38,513 nt of DNA from a bacterium (lineage in GTDB: Bacteria; Nitrospinota_A; UBA7883; JACRGQ01). The stretch lies in contig JAKAGL010000001.1 of assembly GCA_021815535.1 (NCBI GenBank), forward strand, positions 1-38,513, written 5' to 3'. The notes beneath the pieces were generated by a model. That model saw only the letters and a list, made by a program, of their open reading frames with translations. It was not told the DNA's origin and searched no databases. The position numbers and the translations under genes are program-made. Position 1 is the first letter of the stretch. Every line of letters begins with the position of its first letter. Of this stretch, positions 8,292 to 16,685 are shown piece by piece.

Positions 8292-9229
8292 GGCACCTTG
8301 CCAAAAGACGATTGATACGTAAAGGTGGCCACGATATGGATTTTTTCCTTGTCGAGACCGGCGGGAAAAGGCGCAAACGGAGCCGCGTTGCGCACAGCCA
8401 CCATAGCGGCATTGTCCAGCACCGCCACGCCAGCCGTGGAAATTACCCGCACTTCGTCCAGCGTGCCATCCCGCAAAAGCGTAAAGCGCAGTATGGTGCT
8501 TCCCCCCGCGCCGGAGTTCATCGCCTCATACGGGTAGGCCCACATATTCTCCAGCCCTCGCTTGATGCCGGAGAAATATTCGAAATAGGTGAACCGGCGG
8601 GTATTTAAGGGGATCACTATTTCGTTTGCGGTTTCCAGGGTGCCGGTAGGATTGGCGGCGGCAAACCCGTCTATGTCGGTTCCGCTTAGGGTGCGTAACT
8701 GCTCTTTTGTTTCGCGGTCGGGCTTCATTCCATCCTCCTTCGCATTGGATTTGGCCGGTTGGCCTGACAGGTCGCTTTTTGAGGCCGCCATAGGCATCGA
8801 TGAAAAGGGATTTTCAGCAACGGCAGTTTTCTTCTCGCTGTCGCTTTTGGGAATATCGGCTTCGCGTTTCCGGCGTTCGCTTTTAGTGTGCGGCGTACCG
8901 ATATTCAATTCTTCGGGGCCGCTATGGGCGGCGGAAATCGGTTTCTCGATCGCCGAACGCGTATTGGCGCGCGCATCAAAAGCCGCAAGTGCGGCAGGAC
9001 CCTCGGGCCGTGCTTCTTTGAGGTTTTCCGGCTTGTGCACTCCCAGAAGCCTGCCGTTCTGAAAATCGGCGTTCACCGGCGGCGCGGCTTCCGGAAGGAT
9101 ATGAACCTGTACGATGTTCGGTGCCTTATAGCGTGGCGCGTTCACGAAAAGAACGGTAAGCGCGGCCAGTAATAAATGCACACCGGCCGATGCGGCTACA
9201 AAACGTCCTCTGATAGACCGTTCCACCAT
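8288..9229 (-). CDS. TonB C-terminal-domain protein (N-terminal TM anchor, long charged low-complexity linker)
   Basis: The C-terminus STILRFTLLRDGTLDEVRVISTAGVAVLDNAAMVAVRNAAPFAPFP is TonB_C-like. The TM segment is AASAGVHLLLAALTVLFV. I prefer the ATG at 9229 (AAGG 6 nt upstream); 9235 is an alternative. Confidence 0.7.
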   Translation of the reverse strand: MVERSIRGRFVAASAGVHLLLAALTVLFVNAPRYKAPNIVQVHILPEAAPPVNADFQNGRLLGVHKPENLKEARPEGPAALAAFDARANTRSAIEKPISAAHSGPEELNIGTPHTKSERRKREADIPKSDSEKKTAVAENPFSSMPMAASKSDLSGQPAKSNAKEDGMKPDRETKEQLRTLSGTDIDGFAAANPTGTLETANEIVIPLNTRRFTYFEYFSGIKRGLENMWAYPYEAMNSGAGGSTILRFTLLRDGTLDEVRVISTAGVAVLDNAAMVAVRNAAPFAPFPAGLDKEKIHIVATFTYQSSFGKVP

Positions 9230-9423
9230 GCGCATCCTTTTTTCTAAGGGGCCAAAGGCTCCCTTTTGTTTCCGCCCATCCCGGTTCAGCTTGAGAGGAA
9301 TGACGTCAAAACCGCATTTTACGATTAATCCCGCTATTCCAAGCAGCGCTTTTCCCGGACACCGCTTTGGATATATAGTATCGCTGTGTGTCTGCAATCG
9401 GCAACCATAGGGAACAATGAGAA

Positions 9424-10182
9424 ATGATACCTAAGACCCTTCCTCGCGGCGCACGCGTTCCCCTTGTCCAGCATCTGGAGGAGTTGCGGCAACGGATTAT
9501 TTTTTGCGTTCTTTTCTTTATTGCGGCGTTCATAGTTTGTTACATCTTCTCTGACAGGTTACTGGCGCCTTTTGCAAAACTGTTGAGCGTCAAGATGGTG
9601 TTTCTCACGCCGCTGGAGGCGTTCATGGCATACATGAGCATCGCCCTTTACGCCGCGTTGGCGCTCTCCGTGCCGGTGTTCGCATGGCATATATGGGCCT
9701 TCGTACTGCCGGGGCTTTTGGAGCATGAATCTGCCAAAGCGGGACGTTTTGTAGTCGGCTCCATCGTTTTCTTTGCGGTGGGGGTGGCATTTTGCTGGTA
9801 TCTGGTGCTGCCCTTCGCCATTCCATTTCTTATGGCTTATGGCGGCGATGTGATGACGCCAATGATCTCGGTGAAAGCTCACCTCAATTTTTGTCTGTCA
9901 ATGCTTTTGGTGTTCGGCGTGGTATTCGAACTGCCCATCATCGTGGTGTTTGTCCACAACATCGGGTTGGTATCATATAAAGCGCTGAAAAACTTCCGGC
10001 GCTACTGGATCGTGGTTGCATTCATCATCGGCGCCATCGTCACCCCCACGCCCGACATGTTCAACCAGACAATGGCATCTTTGCCGCTGGTCGTACTCTA
10101 TGAGTTGAGCATTGTGTATATCCGTTTTTTCGGGCGGAAGGAAAAACCCGTAGAGGAGAAAGCAAATGAGACTACCGTCTGA
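9424..10182 (+). CDS. tatC: Twin-arginine translocase subunit TatC
   Basis: 252 aa and polytopic. The N-terminal PLVQHLEELRQRI signature and six hydrophobic segments are typical of TatC. Confidence 0.9.
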   Translation: MIPKTLPRGARVPLVQHLEELRQRIIFCVLFFIAAFIVCYIFSDRLLAPFAKLLSVKMVFLTPLEAFMAYMSIALYAALALSVPVFAWHIWAFVLPGLLEHESAKAGRFVVGSIVFFAVGVAFCWYLVLPFAIPFLMAYGGDVMTPMISVKAHLNFCLSMLLVFGVVFELPIIVVFVHNIGLVSYKALKNFRRYWIVVAFIIGAIVTPTPDMFNQTMASLPLVVLYELSIVYIRFFGRKEKPVEEKANETTV

Positions 10183-10882
10183 AGAACGGCTTATCGTCGC
10201 TCTTGATGTTCCCGCAGCCCCGGAAGCCGCCCGCTGGGCAAAACGATTAAGCCCGGCGGTTAAACATTTTAAGATCGGTCTTGAGCTCTTCACCGGCGGC
10301 GGCCCGGCCGTTTTTAAAAACATTCCCAACGGTGTTTTTCTCGACCTGAAGTTTTTCGACATACCGAACACGATGGTAGGGGCCTTGAACGCCGCTGCCT
10401 CTCTCAACCCTTTTTTGGTTAACGTGCATGCCTTGGCCGGCCCCGCCGCGCTGGAGCAGTGCGCCCGCGCCGTCAAATCGCAGAGGCCTCGTCCCAGGCT
10501 TCTTGCGGTGACCATTCTCACTTCGTTCACGGGCCCGGAATTGAGGAAAATCGGCGTCAATGTTCCGATGGAAAAAATGGTATCGCGTCTTTGCGGTATC
10601 GCATTAGAGGCGGGGTGTGACGGCGTGGTCGCGTCGCCGCTGGAAGCCCCCCGTCTACGGAAGGAATACGGAAAAAAGTTTCTGATCGTCACCCCCGGCG
10701 TCCGGCCTGCCTGGAGCGCCAAAAACGACCAGCAACGTGTCGCCACTCCAGCGGAAGCGATCCGCAATGGCGCGGATTACATTGTGGTGGGGCGGCCCAT
10801 TCTTGCCGCTCCCAAGCCGCTGGAAGCGGCAAGAATGGTCATAGAGGAAATTCGCCGGGCCGGGAGAGGCCAAAAGCGGTGA
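10166..10882 (+). CDS. pyrF: Orotidine-5'-phosphate decarboxylase
   Basis: Motifs LIVALDV, KIGLELF, FLDLKFFDIPNT and IVVGRPI. It overlaps the tatC end by 17 nt. Confidence 0.9.
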   Translation: MRLPSEERLIVALDVPAAPEAARWAKRLSPAVKHFKIGLELFTGGGPAVFKNIPNGVFLDLKFFDIPNTMVGALNAAASLNPFLVNVHALAGPAALEQCARAVKSQRPRPRLLAVTILTSFTGPELRKIGVNVPMEKMVSRLCGIALEAGCDGVVASPLEAPRLRKEYGKKFLIVTPGVRPAWSAKNDQQRVATPAEAIRNGADYIVVGRPILAAPKPLEAARMVIEEIRRAGRGQKR

Positions 10883-11163
10883 AACGAAAAAATGAGTGCG
10901 CCCACATCATTGTCACCGGGCGTGTACAGGGGGTTTTTTACCGCGCAACCACGGAAGAGACCGCGCTGGGCCTCGGACTTACCGGCTGGGTAAAAAACCG
11001 TCACGACGGCAATGTCGAGATTTTAGCGGAGGGAGAACGCACCGCTCTTGAGAAGCTCATTACCTGGTGCCGCGAGGGGCCGCCGATGGCCCGCGTGAAG
11101 AACGTATCCGTCGATTGGCAACCGGCAACCGGCCAATTCGAAACCTTTGAGACGGCATATTGA
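10879..11163 (+). CDS. acyP: Acylphosphatase
   Basis: 94 aa with the VTGRVQGVFYR and GWVKNRHDGNVEILAEG signatures. GTG start in a GTGA overlap with the pyrF stop. Confidence 0.9.
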   Translation: MKRKNECAHIIVTGRVQGVFYRATTEETALGLGLTGWVKNRHDGNVEILAEGERTALEKLITWCREGPPMARVKNVSVDWQPATGQFETFETAY

Positions 11164-11300
11164 TAATTCGGCTTCATCCTGTCGTTCCCGGCGGCACCTC
11201 TCTTTCATATCACCTGTTCCTGAATTTGTTTGACAGTTTCCCAATTCGGATGCACGATGAAGGAGAAGAGTAAAAGGCATCCTGCGCTATGGAGGTTAGC

Positions 11301-12062
11301 ATGAAAAAAACTCTCATTATCTTGTGCTTGGCCATTCTTTCCACAACTACCGTTTTTGCCAAAGAACCTGTTTCAGGCTACCGGTTCAAACACTACATGC
11401 ACGAGATTTTCAAAAATTACCGAAACGCCAATATCAGCATCGAAATGCGTGATTATGACCTTGCGGAGGTTCATACAAGGCACCTTCTCGAAAATCTTTC
11501 GCAGATACCCAATTTCACCAAAGATTTACGTGCCGATGGGATAAACCTTGACGAGGCTTTTCTTTTAACGACGATAAATGGTTTGCGGACTGATGTTACC
11601 GAGTTGAGAAAGGCCATAAAGGCCAAAGATGCGGGGAAGATGAAAAAACTTCAGCCGAAACTGTTGCAGTCATGTATCGGGTGTCATACAGAGGCGAACC
11701 TGAAGTGGCTCTTTCGCCTGCCAATGTCAAAAAACCTGTTTGAAGAGTATATGCATGAGATCGGGGACAACTATGCAATGGCGGAGCAGCTGTTGGCGTC
11801 CAATGACATTGACGAAGCCGAAGACTACATTAAAATCGCCAACCAGTATCTGACGCTTTTGGAAAAGATCGCTCCTTATGAGGGGCCGTCGGGAGTGATA
11901 TTGGACCGGAAGCGCTTTGTAAATGAAATAGGTAAAGCGCAGGGCTTTGCGCTGCTGGTTTTGGATGATTTCAAGGAAAAAAGGGCCATCGACCTGACGG
12001 CGCTGAAAAAGCCTCTCAACAATGTTTGTGTGGCATGTCACGAGCCGGCCATGCTTAAGTGA
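11301..12062 (+). CDS. Secreted dihaem protein, tandem cytochrome c' (class II, four-helix-bundle)-like domains
   Basis: GGAGG lies 5 nt upstream of the ATG at 11301. The signal peptide is MKKTLIILCLAILSTTTVFA. Two ~120-aa repeats (HYMHEIFKNY... / EYMHEIGDNY...) each end in a CxxCH motif (CIGCH, CVACH). Confidence 0.65.
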   Translation: MKKTLIILCLAILSTTTVFAKEPVSGYRFKHYMHEIFKNYRNANISIEMRDYDLAEVHTRHLLENLSQIPNFTKDLRADGINLDEAFLLTTINGLRTDVTELRKAIKAKDAGKMKKLQPKLLQSCIGCHTEANLKWLFRLPMSKNLFEEYMHEIGDNYAMAEQLLASNDIDEAEDYIKIANQYLTLLEKIAPYEGPSGVILDRKRFVNEIGKAQGFALLVLDDFKEKRAIDLTALKKPLNNVCVACHEPAMLK

Positions 12063-13470
12063 TAAAAAGGGGTTGATCCGTCTGTTCGTAAAAGATGACC
12101 GGAACGGTGTGCAGTTTTCCGCGTAAGAGTTCTTTCCATTCCGGGAAAGATGCGGGGAAGGTGCTGATAAGCGCGACGTCGGGTTTTGGGATCTTGGGAA
12201 GTGTTTCGGGCGTGAAAACCCTTTTATCCATAAAACGTCCTGCGGCGCGGTCGACGAAATACGGAACGGAGAAGCCTTCCCCAAGCAAAAAGCGGGCAAG
12301 CTGACCGGCATTGCGGCCGGTGCCGCAAACGGCGATATCGCGCCAGACGCCGCGTAATTTCTGTCCCAACTCTTTTGGCCCCAACTGTTGCGCGCGCCAC
12401 TGATCGTCGTAGACAATTATCTGCGGGGCGAGTTTTTTCCGTTTACGCGGTTTCCTGGGTAGTTTGATCTTGGCAATCCGATCTTCGATGATTTCCAAAA
12501 CCTTGTTTTGGGTGAAGGGGGTTAGGCCGACAGCGGCCAGTTTCGGCCTCTTGAGCATCTCTACAAGCGCTTTGCCCAAGTCGTCATGCGACGGCTCGGC
12601 CCACTTTTGGCCGGCCAGGAAGTAACAATCAAGTGCATCCGGCGCCGGTACATCCACCAGTTTGTATTTCAGAAGACGGCTGTTGGCGTCGTTTAAAAAA
12701 TCGGTTTGACCGCTCCAGCCGGTGGCGATGACCGGCAGTCCGCTGGCGGCCGCTTCGAGATAGGGGCGGCCGAACCCCTCGCCTCGCGTGGGGAGTACAT
12801 AGCAATCGGACGACTGATAAAGTTTTACCAACTGCTCCATGGTTGGAGTTCTGCCGAGAACCTTGATGTTTCCAGTGGCGTGTCCCCGTTTCTTGAGGGT
12901 GCGGATCACCGCGTTCAGCTTTTTTGCCGATTCGGGGGCGCACTGTACAACCCACTCGACATTTTTATTTTCAGGGAACTGTGTGGCGAAGGCGTGGAGC
13001 ATCACCTCCCATCCCTTGCGCAGTGAAAGGTCCATGAAGACGGAGAGAAAGCGGAACACCTTTCCGTCCGATTTTGCTTTTTTAGGCGGGGCGAAACGGC
13101 TATCAACCATATCCGGAACCACCACAAGCTTTTTCGGATCGACGCCGCCAGCGGCAAATGTTTTGATGTTGAATGCGGACGCCACCCATACCTCGTCCAT
13201 TGTATTGAGCACCTCGGCCCAAAGGCGGGGCAGGGAGTCGCTTTCAAGCATGACGCGCCCGATGTGTATCTTCCCCGGTTCCATCCGGAAAAAATGCGGA
13301 AAACCGCTGTGAATGACGATCTCTTCTTTGCAGGGGGTATATTTTTCCAGCGCATCGGGCTGGAAACTGCATCGCCAGCCACGCCGCTTAAACGCATTCA
13401 GAAATTCATTGGTGCCATAGCCGTAGCCGGAAAAACCCGGGCGGTAGCTTCTAAAGCAGATCGGCCTCAT
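12055..13470 (-). CDS. Glycosyltransferase family 1/4 with a C-terminal Rossmann-like extension
   Basis: EX7E motif (TRGEGFGRPYLEAAASGLPVIAT). The ATG at 13470 sits in an ATGA overlap with the upstream radical SAM gene. After a basic linker (KLPRKPRKRKK) comes an extra ~130-aa domain (IAVCGTGRNAGQLARFLL...). Confidence 0.8.
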   Translation of the reverse strand: MRPICFRSYRPGFSGYGYGTNEFLNAFKRRGWRCSFQPDALEKYTPCKEEIVIHSGFPHFFRMEPGKIHIGRVMLESDSLPRLWAEVLNTMDEVWVASAFNIKTFAAGGVDPKKLVVVPDMVDSRFAPPKKAKSDGKVFRFLSVFMDLSLRKGWEVMLHAFATQFPENKNVEWVVQCAPESAKKLNAVIRTLKKRGHATGNIKVLGRTPTMEQLVKLYQSSDCYVLPTRGEGFGRPYLEAAASGLPVIATGWSGQTDFLNDANSRLLKYKLVDVPAPDALDCYFLAGQKWAEPSHDDLGKALVEMLKRPKLAAVGLTPFTQNKVLEIIEDRIAKIKLPRKPRKRKKLAPQIIVYDDQWRAQQLGPKELGQKLRGVWRDIAVCGTGRNAGQLARFLLGEGFSVPYFVDRAAGRFMDKRVFTPETLPKIPKPDVALISTFPASFPEWKELLRGKLHTVPVIFYEQTDQPLFIT

Positions 13471-15239
13471 CGGCCTGTCCGTACGGGAACCGCACCGTCG
13501 CGAACCGTCCCCTTGATATCCACGGCGATCCAGCGGGCCGCTACGGTTTCGGCTATACGGAAAATATCGGCATAGTCGGCAACATCTTCGCAATTGTGGT
13601 TTATCTGAACTATGGCCAGCGGGTAGCTTTCACGCCGCATTCCATCCTGCGCTTCAGGGGCCAGCCGTTCAGGCGCCAGCGTTCCTTCATTGAAGGGCCA
13701 GAGGGGATATCCGCTAAAATCATCATCTGGATCGGGCCGCACCAGCAAGTGAACTTCAAGGCCAGCGCGCTTTTTCAATTCATTCAGCAGGGCGCGCGTT
13801 TGCCAGCGCGGGCCGCTGCAGATCAACAGCAATTTTTTTATTCCGGCAGGTATGCCGGTCAAAACGCGGGGAAAATCGGCATCCTTGAAACGGGGTCCCC
13901 CCGCGTTTGCCGCCACGCGCCGCGCACGGGCGACCTCTTCTTTTATCTGCCCGGCGGAGTAATGCCGGAAACTCTGTATCACATTGCGGCCGCCATCGTA
14001 CTGCTGCCAGTCGAAGGTGGTGATAGCTCCATCGCCGGCGCAGGAGTTGTAAAAGGGGGTGCCGGGTTGCGGCGTGCATATCGAAATTTGCATGTCGTAC
14101 AGTAGCTTTTTCTCAAGCAGGTCTTTTATCAGGGAGGTTGTGGATCGGTCCCGCTCCGGGCTGCTCCCCAACGCGCCATAAGTGAAAGTGCCATAAATAC
14201 GGATGCCGACATCCCGAGCCGCTTCCAGCGCCGCATACAGTTTTTTTATGGATTGGCTTTTGTGCATGGCACGGGCCACATCCTTATCGGCGGTCTCGAT
14301 GCCAACGCGGAGTTTGTAGTAGCCCGCCTTTTTCATCCATTCCAGCAGTTCACGGTCCAGATTCCAATAGCCGCACATGGCGTTGTATTTGAGGATATGA
14401 AGCCCCTTGGCAATGATCGCTTTGCAGAGGGCGATGACAAATTCCTTCCGGCCGTTGTGCGCTTCGTCGTCAAAAAATACCCCCTCCATCTCCGGGTACT
14501 TTTCCTTCATCGCGGCGATCTCGTCGGTGACATCGTTCACATCGCGGGGGCGCCAGCTCCCCGCACCGTTGTAATACACATTGGCCACCACGCAGAAATT
14601 GCAGGCCAGCGGGCAGCCCCGGCTGGCGAACATTTCCATCTCGCGGTATTCGTTGACCACCGGTTCCTTGTAATCGATGCGGCGTACATCATCATCTTCC
14701 GGCCACGGAAGCAGGTTGGGATCGGTGAGCGGGCGGCGCGGATTGGGGTAAAGCCCCAAAACCTTGCCCGGATGCGCACCATTGGCCAATTCAGCCACCG
14801 TCATTTCGTATTCCCCGATGCAGACATGGTCGGCGCCGGCTTTGAGTGTTTCGAGCGGAAAGGCGGAAGGGTGTTGGCCGGACATGATCACTGTACAACC
14901 CGTGGCGGTTTTAACCGCGGCTGCAAGCTTCATGTCCATGGCGAAGGCAAGGGTGCTGGTCTCCATTACCAGCCAGTCGGGTTTTTCGGCGATGATCTTT
15001 TCAAGGTACGTTTTGTGATTCCAGTTGTTGAGGTTGCCATCCAGCAGTTTTACCGCGTGGGAGGTATCGCGCTTCAGCAGCGCAGAGCAGTAGGCGAGCA
15101 TGAAAGGGTAAAAGGTCATCCATCCTTTGCTGTGGTCGTACCATGAAGGGCTTTCCACAGCGGTCCAGCGGGAAGGGAAGTGGACGTAGCGTTCACCATT
15201 TTCTCCCATGCCCACCGAGTTTGCCAATACGATCTTCAT
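13467..15239 (-). CDS. B12-binding-domain radical SAM protein (class B) with an extra C-terminal domain
   Basis: N-terminal B12-binding-like Rossmann region (KIVLAN...DWLVMETST...VIMSGQHPS). Radical SAM motif CPLACNFC (Cx3Cx2C). About 150 aa follow the radical SAM core. ATGA overlaps at both ends. Confidence 0.85.
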   Translation of the reverse strand: MKIVLANSVGMGENGERYVHFPSRWTAVESPSWYDHSKGWMTFYPFMLAYCSALLKRDTSHAVKLLDGNLNNWNHKTYLEKIIAEKPDWLVMETSTLAFAMDMKLAAAVKTATGCTVIMSGQHPSAFPLETLKAGADHVCIGEYEMTVAELANGAHPGKVLGLYPNPRRPLTDPNLLPWPEDDDVRRIDYKEPVVNEYREMEMFASRGCPLACNFCVVANVYYNGAGSWRPRDVNDVTDEIAAMKEKYPEMEGVFFDDEAHNGRKEFVIALCKAIIAKGLHILKYNAMCGYWNLDRELLEWMKKAGYYKLRVGIETADKDVARAMHKSQSIKKLYAALEAARDVGIRIYGTFTYGALGSSPERDRSTTSLIKDLLEKKLLYDMQISICTPQPGTPFYNSCAGDGAITTFDWQQYDGGRNVIQSFRHYSAGQIKEEVARARRVAANAGGPRFKDADFPRVLTGIPAGIKKLLLICSGPRWQTRALLNELKKRAGLEVHLLVRPDPDDDFSGYPLWPFNEGTLAPERLAPEAQDGMRRESYPLAIVQINHNCEDVADYADIFRIAETVAARWIAVDIKGTVRDGAVPVRTGR

Positions 15240-16267
15240 GATCCGCTTTTTTCCGCCATGAGGGAATGAGCCAGTATAGCGGCTTTTTTGTGATCTGGTT
15301 GAAGCTCAAGTGTCTTGCGCAAGGCGTCTCCCGCTTCCCTATCCAGCCCCATGCCGCGCAGAATGGAACCGATGTGGAACCATGTTGCAGCAAGGCGGGA
15401 TGAGGCGGGCGTGTTGGCGGCCGCCGCTTTGCGATACCACTCCAAAGCGGTATTTGGGTTGCCAAGTTGTTCCTCGCAATAGCCGAGGTTGTAGTAATCA
15501 TCAAATCGCGAATGCAGATCGGCGAGTTGACGGTATTTCCCGGCCGCCGCCGCGAAGTTTTTTATCAAAAGAAGCTTGCGCGCTTCGTCCTCGGCTGTGG
15601 TGGCAGTGGAATTTTTCTCGATGAATTCTGCCCTTGCGCGCTCAGTTTCGGCGCGTCCCCGGGGGTCGACGTGGTGCGTGACCACCGCATCGGGAAAAAC
15701 CTTCAGGGCGAATCCCGCGTCCTTGACGCGGTGGCAAAAATCTATATCGTCATGCTGATAGTTGCGCCGTGTTTCGTCGAACTTCACGGCATTCCAAACG
15801 TCCCATCGCATCATCATAAAGTAGCCGCTGATGTAACTGCCGGGATCTTCGGATTCGTAATCAAGCAGCTCTGGGGAAGCGAGAGGATTCCCCCGCTCGA
15901 TCTTCTGGTAGTCCCACCAGCGGTTTCCCAATGGGTCCAGGCCGCGGCATCCCGCCAAATCGAAATTGGTGTGGTGTTTCATGTTTTTCCACCAGTCGGG
16001 GGCGAAAGTAACGTCATCGTCGAGAATGATAACGGTATCGTACCTGGCGCGCGCGGCGTTGAAGTTGCGCATTTTGCACACGGCGGCGGCTTCTGCCCAT
16101 TCTTTTGTTTCGATATAGTTTACCCGCGGATCATTTTTATACTTGCCGCATACCAGTATCTCGTAAGCGGGAATATGCTGCGCTTGGATGCTCTGGATCA
16201 ACGCATCCATCATGTCGGGCCGGTGTCCGCCGGTGACGATGCAGAAGGAAATACCCGTTTTTTTCAT
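15236..16267 (-). CDS. Glycosyltransferase family 2-like protein fused to C-terminal TPR repeats
   Basis: N-terminal GT-A features (ISFCIVTGG, VIILDDDV as the DxD, HDDIDFCHR). The C-terminal TPR-like helices are YYNLGYCEEQLGNPNTALEWYRKAA...FHIGSILRGMG...ALRKTLELQPDH. Confidence 0.8.
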   Translation of the reverse strand: MKKTGISFCIVTGGHRPDMMDALIQSIQAQHIPAYEILVCGKYKNDPRVNYIETKEWAEAAAVCKMRNFNAARARYDTVIILDDDVTFAPDWWKNMKHHTNFDLAGCRGLDPLGNRWWDYQKIERGNPLASPELLDYESEDPGSYISGYFMMMRWDVWNAVKFDETRRNYQHDDIDFCHRVKDAGFALKVFPDAVVTHHVDPRGRAETERARAEFIEKNSTATTAEDEARKLLLIKNFAAAAGKYRQLADLHSRFDDYYNLGYCEEQLGNPNTALEWYRKAAAANTPASSRLAATWFHIGSILRGMGLDREAGDALRKTLELQPDHKKAAILAHSLMAEKSGS

Positions 16268-16302
16268 CGCCGCCTATTGTACCCCAGCGCTCACCCGTGG
16301 GG

Positions 16303-16524
16303 TTATAGCGGCAGAACCCGGATTGTGGCGCCCGACTTCCGGCCGAATATGCGGGCAAAATCTTCCGCATCGAACTTCGAAGTGGCTTCCAACAGCCCAA
16401 CGCCTTCCACGCCGGGTTGGGCGGCGAAAGTGAGAACCTTCACTGCGGCATGCTGTTTCCGCATACGCCCGAATATTTCAGAAATTGCCAGAGCTGTGGG
16501 GGATGTTAAGAATAAGAACCGCAT
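16303..16524 (-). CDS. Possible small (73-aa) hypothetical protein
   Basis: ORF inside an otherwise unexplained 418-bp gap in the minus-strand operon. GGGAAG lies about 6 nt upstream of the ATG. By eye its strand-helix-strand pattern resembles the start of the C-terminal domain of the B12-radical SAM protein. No recognisable family. Confidence 0.25.
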   Translation of the reverse strand: MRFLFLTSPTALAISEIFGRMRKQHAAVKVLTFAAQPGVEGVGLLEATSKFDAEDFARIFGRKSGATIRVLPL

Positions 16525-16685
16525 TGTCGCTTCCCTTTACAATTACCATTCAGGGGTTTCCAAACCTCCGGCGCCACATTGCATTCAAAGTCGTTATTAC
16601 AACGTAAATCCTTATATCCTTATCGGAAGATCTTATGGAATCTTAAAGAGGTGGTATCCCGGGTTACCAGGCGGATAAGGCTGGG

